Program-made: the position numbers and the translations under genes
DNA from: Octopus sinensis
Lineage: Eukaryota
Length of the DNA stretch: 64,000 nucleotides
Assembly: GCF_006345805.1 (NCBI RefSeq)
Contig: NC_043001.1
Span: 64,790,001-64,854,000 of the forward strand
Direction of reading: 5' to 3'
Shown: piece after piece, positions 1-13,434 of the stretch
Numbering within the stretch: position 1 is the first letter of the stretch
Layout: every line of letters starts with the position of its first letter
Notes under the pieces: model-generated
What the model saw: only the letters and a program-made list of their open reading frames with translations
Told to the model about the DNA's origin: nothing
Database searches by the model: none

Positions 1-195
1 TCATCTTCCTATTCTTCTCCTGAACCCTCTCATCATACCTTTAGAATACAAGCACCATTATTTTCTTTTGTTTTTTGGTTAGTTTTTGTCATGTAGTGTC
101 CCACATTTTGAAATACTTGCAATTTGTATTTTTACTGGTTATGTTTGATTCACTTGATATACTTCCAAAATTAAACATTTTAATATACAAAATAT

Positions 196-545
196 ACTTA
201 GCGAAGGCAGAGGTATTGTTTTCAGTCGTGTTTGTTTGTTTGTCTGTGGACAAGAACTGTTTGATGGATTCAGATGAAACTTTCAGGGATGTTTTGCTTT
301 GTAACTGACATGAACTAATTAGATTTTAGGATCAATCCAGTACTGGACAAGGATTCTGGATTATTGTTCCTGTTTTTTACTTAATGTTTGAGAGTGGTTG
401 GGTTCATTTTTAGTAGTCTTGTTTGTGAAAGCAGTTGAATTTATTTCAGATATTCTCATTTTAAAAATTATCTCTGGCTAATCGTTGAGAGGATGTTCAT
501 GTTGCCTTGGCAGAGGTTAGGTTTGTGCTCTCTGAGTGCTCTTGT
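196..545. mobile_element. Helentron-associated (HINE/DINE-like) non-autonomous element
   Basis: Begins near gcgaaggcagagg, carries a (GTTT)n/ctgt microsatellite-like block, and ends ccttggcagagg...ctctctgagtgctcttgtt. This layout matches HINE-type elements as recalled. Confidence 0.5.
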
Positions 546-749
546 TACATATACTATACATTACTCATTTAAATCAAATCAAAAATACATAAATGTATAT
601 CATACTGTTTTCAGTTTTTTTCAAATTGTTAACTGAAAAAATATTCAATTTTCCATCTAACAATGTTGGACAAGTAAGTTTTAATAAATTAATCAAAAAT
701 AATTAAGGGAAACCCAACTTTTCTAATATGAAATTGTTGATTTGTTTGT

Positions 750-3180
750 ACTTTGGATTTTTTTCTTTATTATCAGCTCTGTGTACTATGTCAAATTCAC
801 CAAAAACAAAAGTGGGAAAAATTTCAGATTCCTTTCGTGCTGCAACATGTCAAGAGAATGCAGGATCTTCAGAGATACAATTTAGGAAACATGTCAAGAA
901 GTGCCACTGAAATTTTGCGCATCCCAAAAATAATTTGTACCTGGAAAGACATTCAACTTTCCCAAGAATGCAAAGAAATGCTCATACTGCCAGTTTGGTT
1001 CAAGGAAGCCCTGTGGTTTCGTTATGATATTCAGCATGATGTTGTTATCTGTTGGTATTGTCTGGAAGGAGTTCAGCATAACAGAATTACAATGCCTAAG
1101 GAAATTACCGTCTTCACTTGTGTACATAACTGGGGCAATATTACATGAAAAATCGCTGCACATAGCCATTCTGGTCACCACATGAAAGCAGTTAGCATTT
1201 TTGGCTAAAAACAGACATACCTATGACTGAGTAAGCAGCCAATTTCGTAACAAGAAGTAGCCTAGCCAGCATTAAAAATTATTTTCAAAGTGGTCAGATT
1301 CTGTGGTAAGCAAGACCTAGCATTTCAAGGGTCTGAACATGATGCAGGAAACTTCATATATCTCGTAAAAAAAACTTGCCCAAGAATGCAGTGCAGAAGT
1401 AAGTCAGTGGCTTAAATGTTGAGATAATATCCTATCTGATACTATACAAAATTAAATCCTACCGCATATGCTCATAATATCCTGTATGAGATTAGAAAAA
1501 AAAGTTGAAGATTTCATGTTTAGTGGTATAATATATAATGTCACTACTGATTGTTCTGGCATGAAGCAAGAATCAATCATTGTCTGTTATATTTCTTTAA
1601 GACCTGGGTGCCCACAAAAATTTTCTCGATTTTTATAATCCTTTTGACTGGTCTTCAGAGACACTAAGGTTATTCTGGACGTTTTTTGCCTCTTAAACAT
1701 TTCGCTTGGCTCAAAATTATGCTGCTTTTCATTTGATGGCACAAGTATTTTGAGTGGAAACATTTCAGGCATACAAAAGAGATTAAAAGATGTTTCCTGC
1801 TACATATTTTGTACATTGTGAAAACCACTCTCTAGACCCTGTCCTCCAAGAAGTTAGTTCTACAGTTGCCATTATAGCTGATGCACTGAACTTTGTTCAC
1901 CAATGTGCCATTCTTCTGCTGAGTCACCAAAAAGAAAAGTGCAATGAACAAGCCTTTGTTGTGAAGTCATGTTGCAAGCCATGTATCCAACACATTGGTG
2001 CATTAGAGCAACAGCATTGAAACGAGTGGAAAGCAACTATAGGAAGATTCAGAATTTTTTATTGGAGCTTCTGAATGATACATCACTATGAGCAACAACA
2101 AAGGCTACTGTCAAAGGACTGTTGAAACAATCTGGCAAAGCTTCCACTTTGTTCAGTATTAAGGTAGCTGGGAATGTATTCGGAATATGTGAATCTGTGG
2201 TACATAGCTTCCTGCATCCGGTGATTGCTTGAAGCTGATTGAGAAGTTGAAGAACTCTTTCAAAAATGAGAAGTGAGAAACTTTTTGAAAACTATTTCAG
2301 TAAAATATCCTCTGCTGACTTTGTGAAAATGCCCAACACTTTTCATTTCAAGAATATACGGCTGCATTTCAGACACAACTACTGAAGAAGGTGCTCTCTC
2401 TGTCATCAATGACTGATATTGGCAAGTTTTACAGCATCATTGAGATTGTCAAAAGTTAACTGAATAACCGCTTTCAGCTAGCAGGAATGCACATATGCTC
2501 CAAGCAAGAGGATTTGCAGCTATCAGCAGTCAGCTATGGAATGTTTGAGCTTGCAAATCATACCTGCCTCCTTCATTTTTCTTGCCTCCACTGTCATCAC
2601 AAATCAAACTCCTTACTGACCTGCAGGCAGAAAAAAGAAACTTTGCTTAAATAATTGCATGACATTGTTAAAAAATGGAGAGGTTCTGATGCTGTTATTC
2701 TTTCTAGCAAGTGTTGATGCTAATGCAGCTTATTCTGTCTTGTACATATGGAAAAGTGTTTCAAATCATTCCCCCAAATTTTCTACTCTCATTTTGGCAA
2801 TGAAACTTTCCATGAGGATGTGCAAATCATTTTCATTGCACAAGTTTTTATGCACATGCATTATGACACAGTTTGTTAAACTATGCTGTGTCATTGTAGT
2901 ACAGAACCAGGTCTTCAATGGTGAAGTGCACTGAACATTCTCTTGATTGGTGCAAAGACAGAATGAGCTGCAAACAAGAGAATGTTCAATGCACTTCGCC
3001 ATTGAAGACCTGGCTCCATATCACAATGACACAGCATTGTCTAACCTATTCTGCTATAATGCATGTACATAAAAACTTATGCAAGAAAAACACTTCACAC
3101 ATCTTCATGGACAATTTCATTGCCAAAACGATGTATGTAGAGAAACTTTTGGAATGATTTGTAGCACTTTCCATATGTAT
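750..3180 (+). mobile_element. Degenerate hAT transposase (ZMYM1-like, TTF zinc finger to dimerisation domain)
   Basis: Broken frames give WFKEALWFRYDIQHDVVICWYC (TTF-type finger), FDGTSILSGNISGIQKRLK / FVHCENHSLD (catalytic core) and KTWLHITMTQHCLTYSAIMHVHK (hAT dimerisation motif). Many stops and frameshifts. Confidence 0.8.
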
Positions 3181-4367
3181 GAGAGTGGACTAAAAAGTTC
3201 ACAGGCTGACAATGAAGGAGAGATGCAAGGGCTGTGGAATCATACTTGCAGTAATTTCAAGTCTTCTTATTAATAACTGCATTGTTTCTATCTGAGTAAA
3301 CTAACATCTGATTGTTCTGAGAAACTTCAAATGTAACTGTTAGCAACTTCTCTTGAAAATCAACAAAATTTGGCATCGTGCTATAATCAAGTACCTGCAG
3401 AAAAAATGGGTTTAGCTCTCAAGGACATTCATGCTGACATGGTTGATACATTAGGGAATAATACTCCAGCGTTATAAACAGTGCAAAAGTGGCAGGGGAA
3501 AGAGACAGTTTTGCGAAGATCCATGATCTGGACATCCTCCAGCTGCCACCACCAAGGAAAACATTGATCGTGTTCATGATAAGGTAATGGCAGGCGATTG
3601 ACTATAAAGCAAATAGTCGATGTTATTAGCACATCCCATGAGAGTGGAGAATATTCTGCACAATGAACTTAGCATGATGAAGGTTTCTGTTTGGTGAGTG
3701 CTATGTCTTCTGGCATTTGATCAAAAGCACACCAGGTTGATCACATTACAAGAATATCTAACATTGAGACATTTCCAGCTAGCTTCCTAACCTAGAAAAC
3801 AAAAAGGCAATCCATGCAGGGGAAACACTCTCCTTCATCTGCTCCAGAGAAGGCAAAGTCGTTTCATCTGCTGAGAAGGTGATGGCCTCAGGTTTTTGGA
3901 ATGCAAAAGCACTGTGTTTGACTACCTTCAAAATTATCGCACCATCAATGGAGAGTTCTATGTCAACTTGCTAAGGAAGTTATGAAAGGCTAAGACCAAA
4001 AGCCCAGAAAAACTGATGAGGCAGGGTTTTATTTCATTTGGACAAATGCTTTAACACACAAGTCCTTAGCTTCAATGGCTGCTGTGCATGACTGGCTTTG
4101 AACTGGTTGATCACCCCACCCCCCTATTTTAGTGATTTGGTTCCATCTGACTATCATCTGCTTCCCAACATGAAAAAACACATGGCTGGGCACCACTATC
4201 ACTGTGATGATAATGTCTTAACCAACAGGACAGCTTCTTCACCATGGGATTCAAGCACTGAAACAATCATGGAAGTGTGTGGAACTATGTTAAAAAATTA
4301 ACTTCATTTGGTCACATTCCATGAAAGTGTCATGCTCAGCCTATGAACATTTCAACCAGCCCTCATA
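3178..4367 (+). mobile_element. Mariner (Tc1/mariner) element, near full length, pseudogenised
   Basis: Inverted termini TA-tgagagtggactaaaaagttcacaggctga and tcagcctatgaacatttcaaccagccctca-TA. Internal remnants KIWHRAIIKYLQK and PPPYFSDLVPSDYHLLPNMKK (YSPDLAPSD motif). Confidence 0.85.
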
Positions 4368-5854
4368 ATAATAAAAATTATTATTATACCTCATTTGTTT
4401 TAATATTAACACTGGAAAACCCCACTTTTCTTGTAAAAAATTTTGGGCCTTGCACCCACTGAGTAAATTTCATTCCCAAGCCCTGAATATTGTATTCAAT
4501 ATAATATACTTGTTTCTTTCCATATTCAAACATCATCAATGTTCAAAATCCATCTTTCCTTTACTATGCAGAATCATACTTCTTATACATACATAACTTA
4601 TACTCTCTACTTATTGTATGGAAAAAGAAACCCAATTATTTACTACAAAGCAACAATTTCCTGAATATCTTCTATTTTCTTAATTAAAGTCATTATTCTT
4701 TTGCTACATCATTATATATGTTCCCTAAGTAATAGAAACTGTCAAGTGCTTCTACTAAACCAATTGAATACTTCATGGACATTATTTCATTTGTATCTCA
4801 GTTGTGAAATATCTCTATTCACTATGGTGCATCTAATGCCCTAGGATCATTCCAGCCAATTTCACCTAGGGTCCATCCTGAAAGTCCCCAAATTTTAAAA
4901 AACATTTTACCATTTGTTTGTATCCATGTGAGAAATAAATTCTAAAAATTGCATCCCAATAGCATTACAGTAATCCCTTGCCACATCATGGCTCATCTAT
5001 CGTGGTTTATTATTTAAGTTTACATCAATAACTCTGTAGTGTTTTTCATTTATAATTTAAAAAATATACAGTACAATATCATTTCTACTTTACAGATTTT
5101 CACCTATTGCAGGGGTTTTTGAATTGTTGAGGCATTACTGTAATCATTATTTGTGGCCATTTTAGGGAATTTTTGAAAATTTCCACTTTCTGAGTTTTTT
5201 CCAATTTTGGTTGCTTGAAATTAGGTTTGTCACAAATCTCAGTACGGCTGCTTTTCTTATCTATGCACTAAAGTATTTTTTAATTAATTAGAACCAATTC
5301 TTTTAACTTAGATATCTTTGAAAAATAAATGTTTAAAAGTCTAAAAGAAAAAATACAACTTCCAGAGATCAATTTTCAAAAATTCAAAGTTTAAGCAACT
5401 CTCACTCCATAACTGAATATTTAAAGTACCTCCATCTATCCTACTCTGGAATAGTCAACCAGACACCCAAAAACTATTTGTTTAGAAGTGTCTCTCATCC
5501 TTAATGGAGTGCTTCAAAATGAAAGAAAATCAAAAATCCAGAAAATATTGAATATTTTTTGAATTTTGGGTTTTAAAAGAAACAACAAAACTATAGCAAG
5601 CTATATATATATATACTCTTAAAGTACATCTGGAGGTACTATTGCATATATGCTGATATTCAATTTCTAGTACTACCCGATTCATGCACTGATGTTATAT
5701 TAGGAATACCTTTCCATATTATTGCATTTCCAGAACAGCTTTCTTAATTCAGGGAGTTATGGCACAGAGATAAAAAAAAAAAAACCTATGGGCACATTGT
5801 ATCACCTGTTTGGCTCAAACCTAGAGTTAATATTTTACATAACTATCATTATCA

Positions 5855-7345
5855 TCATTTAAAGTCCATTGTCCATGCAGGCATGGGTTAGACAGTTTGA
5901 CCATCTAGAAGGCTGTACCAGACTCCAGTCTTATTTGGCATGGTTTCTATGGCTGGATGCCCTTCTTAATACCAACCAACTCTGAGAGTGTAATGGGTGC
6001 TTTTATGTGCCACTGTCATGGGTGCCATTTGTGTGACACTGGTATCTGTCATGATTGCAATTTTACTTGGCTTGATGGGTCTTCTTCTCAAGCATGACAT
6101 AATGCCAAAAGGCTTAGTCATTGCTTCATTAAGGCCCAACACTCTAAAGGAGCTTTCAGTGTGCCACCAGCATCATCCACTTTACCTCTGTGAGGCCCAA
6201 TGCTCAAAAAGTGCTTTTTACATGCCACTGACATGGGTGCCAGTTACGCGACACCAGCATCAGCCATAACAGGTCTTCTCAACCACAGCATATCGCCAAA
6301 GTTCTTGATCACTAGTCATTGCCTCTGTGGAGTTCGAAGATTATCCTACACCACCTCATTCCATGTCTTCCTGAGTCTACCTCTACCACAGGTTCCCTCC
6401 ACAGTTAGAGATCGGCACTTCTTTACACAGCTATCCTTGTCCATATGCATCACATGACCATACCAGTGCAATCATCTCTCTTGCACACCACATCTGATGC
6501 CTCTTATACCTAACTTTTCTCTCAAGATGCTTACACTCTGTCAAACATGCACACTGATATTGCACATCCAGCAAAACATACTGGCTTCATTTCTTTCAAG
6601 CCTACATATGTTCTTGGCTGTCACAGCCCATGTTTCACTGCTGTGTAACATAGCTGTACACACACAGGCATCATACAATCTGCCTTTCACTTTGAGAGAG
6701 CAGCCCTTTGTGGCCAGCTGAGGTAGGAGCTCTCTGAACTTTATCCAGCCTAATCTTATTCTCACTGCTACACTCTCGTAGCATCCACCTCTGCTATAAA
6801 CTTGGTCACCTAGATAATAAGAGCTATCTACTAACTCTAGCTTACCCCCACTGGCAGTTGATGGAGTCTATTTTCTGTACATTTTCAGTGTTTATTATAA
6901 CTGTGCATCTTCCACACACAAAATTTATTTTCCCTGTTAACCCTCTTCTGATATTGCTGCACCTCTTCTATGCCCATAGCTTATGCTGGGTACATCTTCT
7001 GGAGTCTCTACCTATGCCTTTCCTACAGATCAAGCAGGACCATCTACCTGAAGGGATTTGTGATTTGTCTGCCTTCCTACTTACTAAGACTTTGGTTTTT
7101 GCTAGGTTAACTCTAAGGCCCTTTGATTCTAGACCTTGCTTCCATACCTGAAGCTTCTTTTTTAGTTTTGGTAGTGATTCAGCTATAAGAACAAGGTCAT
7201 CAGCATAGAGGAGCTCCCAGGGGCAGCCTGTCTTAAATTCCTCTGTTATTACCTGGAGGACTATGATGAACAAGAGGGGGCTGAGGACTGATCCTTGGTA
7301 ATCCTGAATTCTTCACTGTACTCATTGCCAACCTTCACCTTACTT
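5855..7345 (-). mobile_element. RTE-clade LINE, 5'-truncated, with (ATC)n tail
   Basis: ORFs 6968-7273 (CPWELLYADDLVLIAES) and 6541-6765 (KGRLYDACVCTAMLHSSETW). The 3' UTR ends in atcatcat at about 5860. Confidence 0.85.
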
Positions 7346-7349
7346 AGAT

Positions 7350-8050
7350 AGTCAATCTAATAGCATATGAAGATGTTATATCTAATGATGGATACAGAAG
7401 TTACATCATCAGCTTCTACATGGGCAAAGAAAATACCTAGAAACTACAGAGGCATCAAATTGGTGGACCAGGCTGGGAAAAAGAAAAACTCACAGAAAGT
7501 GTTAGAACACTTAGTTTAGGTTTGTGCCAGGATGAAGTACCAATGATACCCTCTTCTTATGAGACAATTGAAGGGGATGTTGCTATTTTAGAGTAAGCCG
7601 TTATACCTAGCATTCATTGATCTGGAATTGTTGAGAGAATACCATGCTCTGTAGTTTGGTTGTTGTTTAAAAAAACTTGATGTAGATGAATGGCTTGTGT
7701 AAGCTCTCCTTGCCATGTACAGAGATACTTGTCACCAAGGTTAGGTATGAGTGAGGAGCTTAGCATACACGCAGGTGTATTTCAGGGCTCAGTTTTCAAC
7801 CTTCTGTTTATTATAATTTTCTGGGCCATAACAGCAATTTAAGATTGGCTATCCATATGAACTTTTGTATATTGATGACCTAGTTCCCGTTGCTGAATCT
7901 GCCAAAGATAAACCTCTGTACGTTAGCTTTTGTTGACTTGGAGAAAGCCTTTGACAGGTCCCCCCCTGCCCAATCCCTTATTTGGTGGTCAATGTGGAAA
8001 CTAGGGATAGATGAGTAGTTAGAGCTGTACAAGCCATGTACAGGTATGCT
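7350..8050 (+). mobile_element. Rearranged RTE RT fragments
   Basis: Contains NYRGIKLVDQ-like, gagaaagcctttgacagg (EKAFD) and LLYIDDL-like remnants, oriented opposite to the adjacent minus-strand RTE. Confidence 0.6.
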
Positions 8051-8052
8051 AA

Positions 8053-8897
8053 CAGCATAGTGCTCTCCATTGATGGTGTGGCCCTTTTGAAGATAGTCAA
8101 TAAGCACAGTGATTTTGCATCCCCAAAAACATTCCCTGCAGATGAAATTATCTTGACCTTCTTTGGAGCAGATTAGGAGGGGTGTTTGTTTCCACTGCAT
8201 GGATTGTCTCTGTCTGGCTCAAATTGATGAAGTCAACACTCATCCTGGATTAGTAGATGTTCATGAAAACCAGCTGGATTGGCCTCAAGCAATGACAGAT
8301 TCTCCTGTGATGTGATGAACCTGGTGTGCTTTTGATCAGGTGTCAGAAGACATGGCACTCACTAAGTAGAAAACTTCGTCATACCAAGTTCATTGTGCAG
8401 AATATTCTCAACTGTCTCACAGGATGTGCTAAAAGCATTGGGTATTTGATTTATAGACAATTGCCTGTCTTCCACCAGCATGTGGTGAACACAATCAATG
8501 TTTTCCTTGGTTGTGGCTGTTGCAGGGCATCCAGACCTTGGACCATTTTCAAGACTCTCTCTTCCCCTCCTAAATTCAGCTGCCCACTTTTGCACTGTTG
8601 ATAAAACTGAAGTGCTATTCCCTAATATATGAACTATGTCAACACAAATGTCGTTGGGATCTTAACCCTTTTTCTGCAGGTATTTGATAATGCCAAAATA
8701 CCAAATTTTATCCATTTTCAAGAGAAGTCACTACTTGTTAGTTTTGAAATCCTCTTTGAACAGTCAGATATCAGTTTACCTGGAAAGAAACTATACAATG
8801 ATGAATAATAAGAGTTGATATTTAGGTATGCAAGATTTTACAGCTCTAGTGTCAATCCTTCATAGTTAGCCTATGAACTTTTCAGCCTACTTTCATA
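8053..8897 (-). mobile_element. Mariner element, 3'-truncated second copy
   Basis: ORF 8362-8595 QKWAAEFRRGRESLENGPRSG. TIR ttagcctatgaacttttcagcctactttcata at about 8866-8897, same family as 3178-4367. Confidence 0.85.
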
Positions 8898-10929
8898 TAT
8901 GAATTAGATTGTCTTTCTCCTAAGCCTTCTACTCATTCAGAAATCTCTCATATTACATTTTCATACATCTTTCTTTTTGTTATCATTGAAGGCAAATATT
9001 CTACTATGATTCTCTGCACACTTTCCAATGATTGTATTGTGTCTCTGATTCTGTCTGGCTCTTATGTTGGTTCTAAAGTTGCTGATCACTAGTCTATGTT
9101 AAGCAGTACAATCTTCACTGGGGAAGGAGTAAGTATTCATAACCTGTTGCTTACCCTGCTTCCTGGTGAGAATGAAGTTGAATTAAGTTTGCAAGTTCAC
9201 TTAAATGGTAGGTGACTGAGAGGCCAGTTCTCTGAAATTAGTTTTTTTTTTTGTTTTTTTTTTTTAAATAGTTAAATCATACAAAATTCAGAATTCTCAA
9301 AAACTTGGTCTTTCCACATTCCTCATGCCTCCATGTACATTGTATTAAGCATTATGATTTTGTCTCTCAGTCAGTCCATTAAAGTCACAAACTGTGATAA
9401 CAAGGTTACTATTTCTGAAATCCATATAGCTTTCAAGGGGGCCTCAGAAATAGCCCTTTTGTTCATGTCATTCTTTATTGAAGTGATTATACTGAGATAA
9501 CATTTGTTGCTATGTTACTTGTGACTAATCTAGGCTTAATTATTCTATTACATTTTCTGACTCCCTCTGTTACTTTATCCATTTCTCTGCCAAAAATATG
9601 CACCCACTATTTCCTACACAGAAGAATTCACTCCCATGTTCTTTTCTTGTGAGCAATCTAGCATAGGTTCCTCTCTTCTCTGTGCTATGTTTTGTACACA
9701 GCCCAAATCTGTTCATCTCTAATACATCTCTGCTATCACTCCAGGCTTACTTCTCATCATGCCAATGTTGATGGCGGAAACATTGATGTTTTGTGTCTGA
9801 GTGAAGGAAATATGTTCTCAGTGCTTGGTGGATTGTTTGATGTCTCAAAGGAAATGAGGTAGTTCAGTTGTATGATGATAAAGAGGTTCCCCACATGTCA
9901 GATGTTCCCACCTAACCACTCCCACTACTGTGTGCATCACTAACATGGTAGATGTTAGTGTTGTAAATGCAATTAGGGTTTTTCATTATGTAATTGTCAT
10001 GATTTTCATATGATTTTATTGGCTGGATGCCTTTCCTATATGAAGTTTGTGAATTTTGTGATAGCAACACTAGAGAGGTTGTCTGTAGAGAAACTTAGTG
10101 TGGATGATAGAGAGATGTTGGGAGACATAACAATAGAAATCTACTATTGAGTAAATGTGTTCAACAGAGTTTAAAAATAATCATCACCAGGTTTCAGAAA
10201 GAGTGAAATATAAGAAAGAAAGAGAAGTCATATTGTTTGTGACCAAATGTTTGTGACCAATAAACAGATACAATGATAATTAATAATAATACCAATAATT
10301 ATTAGCTTGAATATTTATCTTATATAAACTGGCATTAGGAAGGGCATCCAGCAGTACAAACCAAGCTAAAACAGACTGGAGCCTGGTGCAGCTCTCTGGC
10401 TTACCATCTCTGGTCAAACTGTCTAACTCATGTGGTGGCAGTTTCTTCATTCCAGCACCAAATATCCTATGTAAAAATATAATATGTAGAAACTGGAAGA
10501 GAGAGAGAGTAAAAGAGATAGGGAGGGATACTCATTTGGACACTCCTCTTGCAGACTTTTTTACAGGGGTAGTCTGAGAACAACACCAATTAGGGAAGGG
10601 AGATCACTATGATGGCAGGATTGGTTGAACTGAAGGAAACAGTTCTGGCAGATAGCCTCAGGCTGGTTGTTATGTCATTAATGCTAACAAACATGGATGA
10701 GCTTCATGACTTGCTTGGACCAAATCAGTCAGAGATCGTAAATTCTGATGTGTCTGACAATATCCATTTTGTAAGCCTCAAGGATTGAATGAGACACATG
10801 TCGACTCCAACTGCCACCATAAGTGAACTGGAGATTGCTGCAACAGCAAAACTGCAGCTTTATGCTCATATTTGCTCCCAACTTTTGAAAGTTCTCCAGC
10901 ATATTATCAACTATTTTGGAATAGTTGGC

Positions 10930-11330
10930 TGCTTATTGCAAATGAATTCCATGCTGCTGTTTCAGTTCATTTCATAGAATTTACAAAATTCCCATCTTTC
11001 ATTAATTTTCTGATTTGAGGCTCATCAAATACTCCAGCTTTTATCTTTTTGTTTCTTGGACCAAGAAATATGCTGCAGACATAATAAAAGCATAGTCCAT
11101 CTTTATCCAGAGCTTTAACAAACTGCTTTATAATGCCAGTTTTGATGTGGAATGGAGGTAGGATAAGTTTTCCTGGTTGAACTAAAGGCTCTTCAACCAC
11201 ATTAAAAGACCTTGGAACTAATGTTTGCTGTGACCGTTCTTTGATTACCCAATGTTTTTCCCTGGTTCTGCTGTCTCACAAACATAAAAAGTACGGCTAT
11301 TTCACAGGTAAACAATGCATTTTTCTGGAA
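10930..11330 (-). mobile_element. DNA transposase fragment of the LPPLHIKLG family (probably CMC/Chapaev3-like)
   Basis: ORF 10967-11200 LILPPFHIKTGIIKQFVKALDKDG...KAGVFDEPQIR, preceded by PYFLCL*DSRTREKHW. The superfamily label is from memory. Confidence 0.6.
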
Positions 11331-11559
11331 ATTGAAGAAAATTACAAAAATTGGGGTGAGGTTGGGTGAAGTTAAATCTAGGTGTGATAGTAAAAAATGA
11401 ATTCCATTTATGGAGTTCGCATGTCAAAAAACTATCAAATCAGATAAAAACGTCCTGACAACAAAATACTTGTTGGATTGTATAATTGACAATAGTAATA
11501 ATAACAATATCAGCAATAAATATGATATAAAAATGACAAATATTTATATATATATATTT

Positions 11560-12340
11560 GAAAGAAATGAAGCTAGTATGCTTCATTGGATGTGAGTGTG
11601 CATGCATGACAGTGTGTAAATATCTTAAGAGAAAAGCTTGGCATAAGAAACATCAGATGTGGTGTACAAGAGAGATGACTGCTTTGGTACAGTCATATGA
11701 TGCATATGGATGTAGACAGTTGTGTGAAGAAGTACTGATCTCTACCAATCAAAGGAAGCTGTGAAAGAGGGAGACCCAGGAAGAAATGGGACGAGGTGGT
11801 GAAGCATGATCTTCCAATATTGAGCCTCGTGGAGGCAATGACTAGTGGCTGAGACCTTTAGCAATATGCCATGCTTGAGAAGACCAGTCAAGCCAAGTGA
11901 AATCATAGCTATGGTCATTGATGGTGTCACATAACTGGCACATAAAAAGCATCTTTCAAGTGTTGGACCTCACAGAAGCAATGTGGCTGATACTGGTGTT
12001 GCATAACTAGCACCCATGCCAGTGGCCCAAAAAATGCACCTTTTGAACACTGGGCCTCTCAGAGGCAATGACAAATGACATGCTTGAGAAGTAGACCCAT
12101 CAAGCCAAGTGAAATCGTAGTTGTGGCAGATATTGGTGTCATGCAAACTGACACCTGTACTGGTGGCATGTAAAAGCACTCATTATATTCTCAGAGTGGT
12201 TGACATTAGACAGGGCATCAAGCTGTAGAAACCATGCCAAATCAGACTAGAGTCTGGAGCAGACCCTCAGCTTACCAGCCCTGGTCAAGCCATCCAACCC
12301 ATGCCAGCATGGACAACAGACATTAAATGATGATGATGAT
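11560..12340 (+). mobile_element. RTE LINE 3' end with (GAT)n tail
   Basis: ERNEASMLHWM remnant, RKTWDEVVKHDL-like segment, and aagggcatc...cattaaatgatgatgat tail. Confidence 0.75.
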
Positions 12341-12343
12341 GTT

Positions 12344-12377
<34 letters not shown>

Positions 12378-12378
<1 letters not shown>

Positions 12379-12896
12379 TATTACTAATATAGGATGAAGT
12401 TTTTTTACAGAAAAAAATTTCATCAAAAAAGTGGCAGCATATTAAAATACCTTTAAAGGTTAAAATTATAAACAAGGGCAAAAGAAAATTATTTCTAGGC
12501 CAATATGCTGATAACAGACTTTTAAATCGTCACTTTCCACATATTATTATACCCACTACAGAAATACAATGTGCTGAAATTGAGGAAAGCTAGCCGACTG
12601 AATTTTTTAAAAAGATCGTTATTTCTATATTGAATCAATTTCGGAATTAATCTCATAAAAGATTTTTTCCTCAATTTCAGCACATCGTATTTCTGTCGTA
12701 GGTATAATAATATGTGGAAAGTGATGATTTAAAAGTTTGTTATCAGCATATTGGCATAGAAATAATTTTCTTTTGCCCTTGTTTATAAGTTGTTTAGAAT
12801 TTTAACCTTTAAAGGTATTTTAATATGCTGCCACTTTTTTGATGAAATTTTTTCTGTAAAAGAACTTCATCCTATATTAGTAGTAGATTTATTACT
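12378..12896. mobile_element. Fold-back (palindromic) MITE with ~210-bp inverted arms
   Basis: 12378-12588 is the reverse complement of 12666-12896 apart from a few mismatches and one ~10-nt indel. Related partial copies at 13089-13298 and 19183-19290. Confidence 0.8.
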
Positions 12897-13296
12897 ATTA
12901 GCTATAGGGACTGGTAACCACTATAAGCTGTGTTGGAGAACAGTTCACATGTGTGCTGAGGCTAACCAAAGGATTTTATATTTAGATATATCTGGGGTAC
13001 TTATATGTACTCATGATTTTTGCTTCGGCTTTTTTTCCATGGGCGCATGTAAGTATTTCATTTCTTTCTATTCGTATTTTCTACTGAAGAGGAAAAAGTA
13101 TTTTATGAGATTAATTCCAAAATTGATTCAATATAGAAATAACGATCTTTTTAAAAATTCTGTTGGCTAACTTTCCTCGATTTCAGCACATCGTATTTCT
13201 GTAGTGGGTATAATAATATGTGGACAGTGATGATTTAAAAGTCTGTTATCAGCATATTGGCATAGAAATAATTTTCTTTTGCCCTTGTTTATAAGT

Positions 13297-13350
<54 letters not shown>

Positions 13351-13374
13351 AACATTAAATGATGATGATGATGA

Positions 13375-13430
<56 letters not shown>

Positions 13431-13434
<4 letters not shown>

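Noticed and set aside
1-38. Minus-strand exon candidate YDERVQEKNRKM
   Set aside because: It is too short, the upstream intron side is purine-rich with no pyrimidine tract, and no homology is recognised.
4822-4878. Minus-strand exon candidate GWTLGEIGWNDPRALDAP*
   Set aside because: It is short, unrecognised, and has no supporting partner exon.
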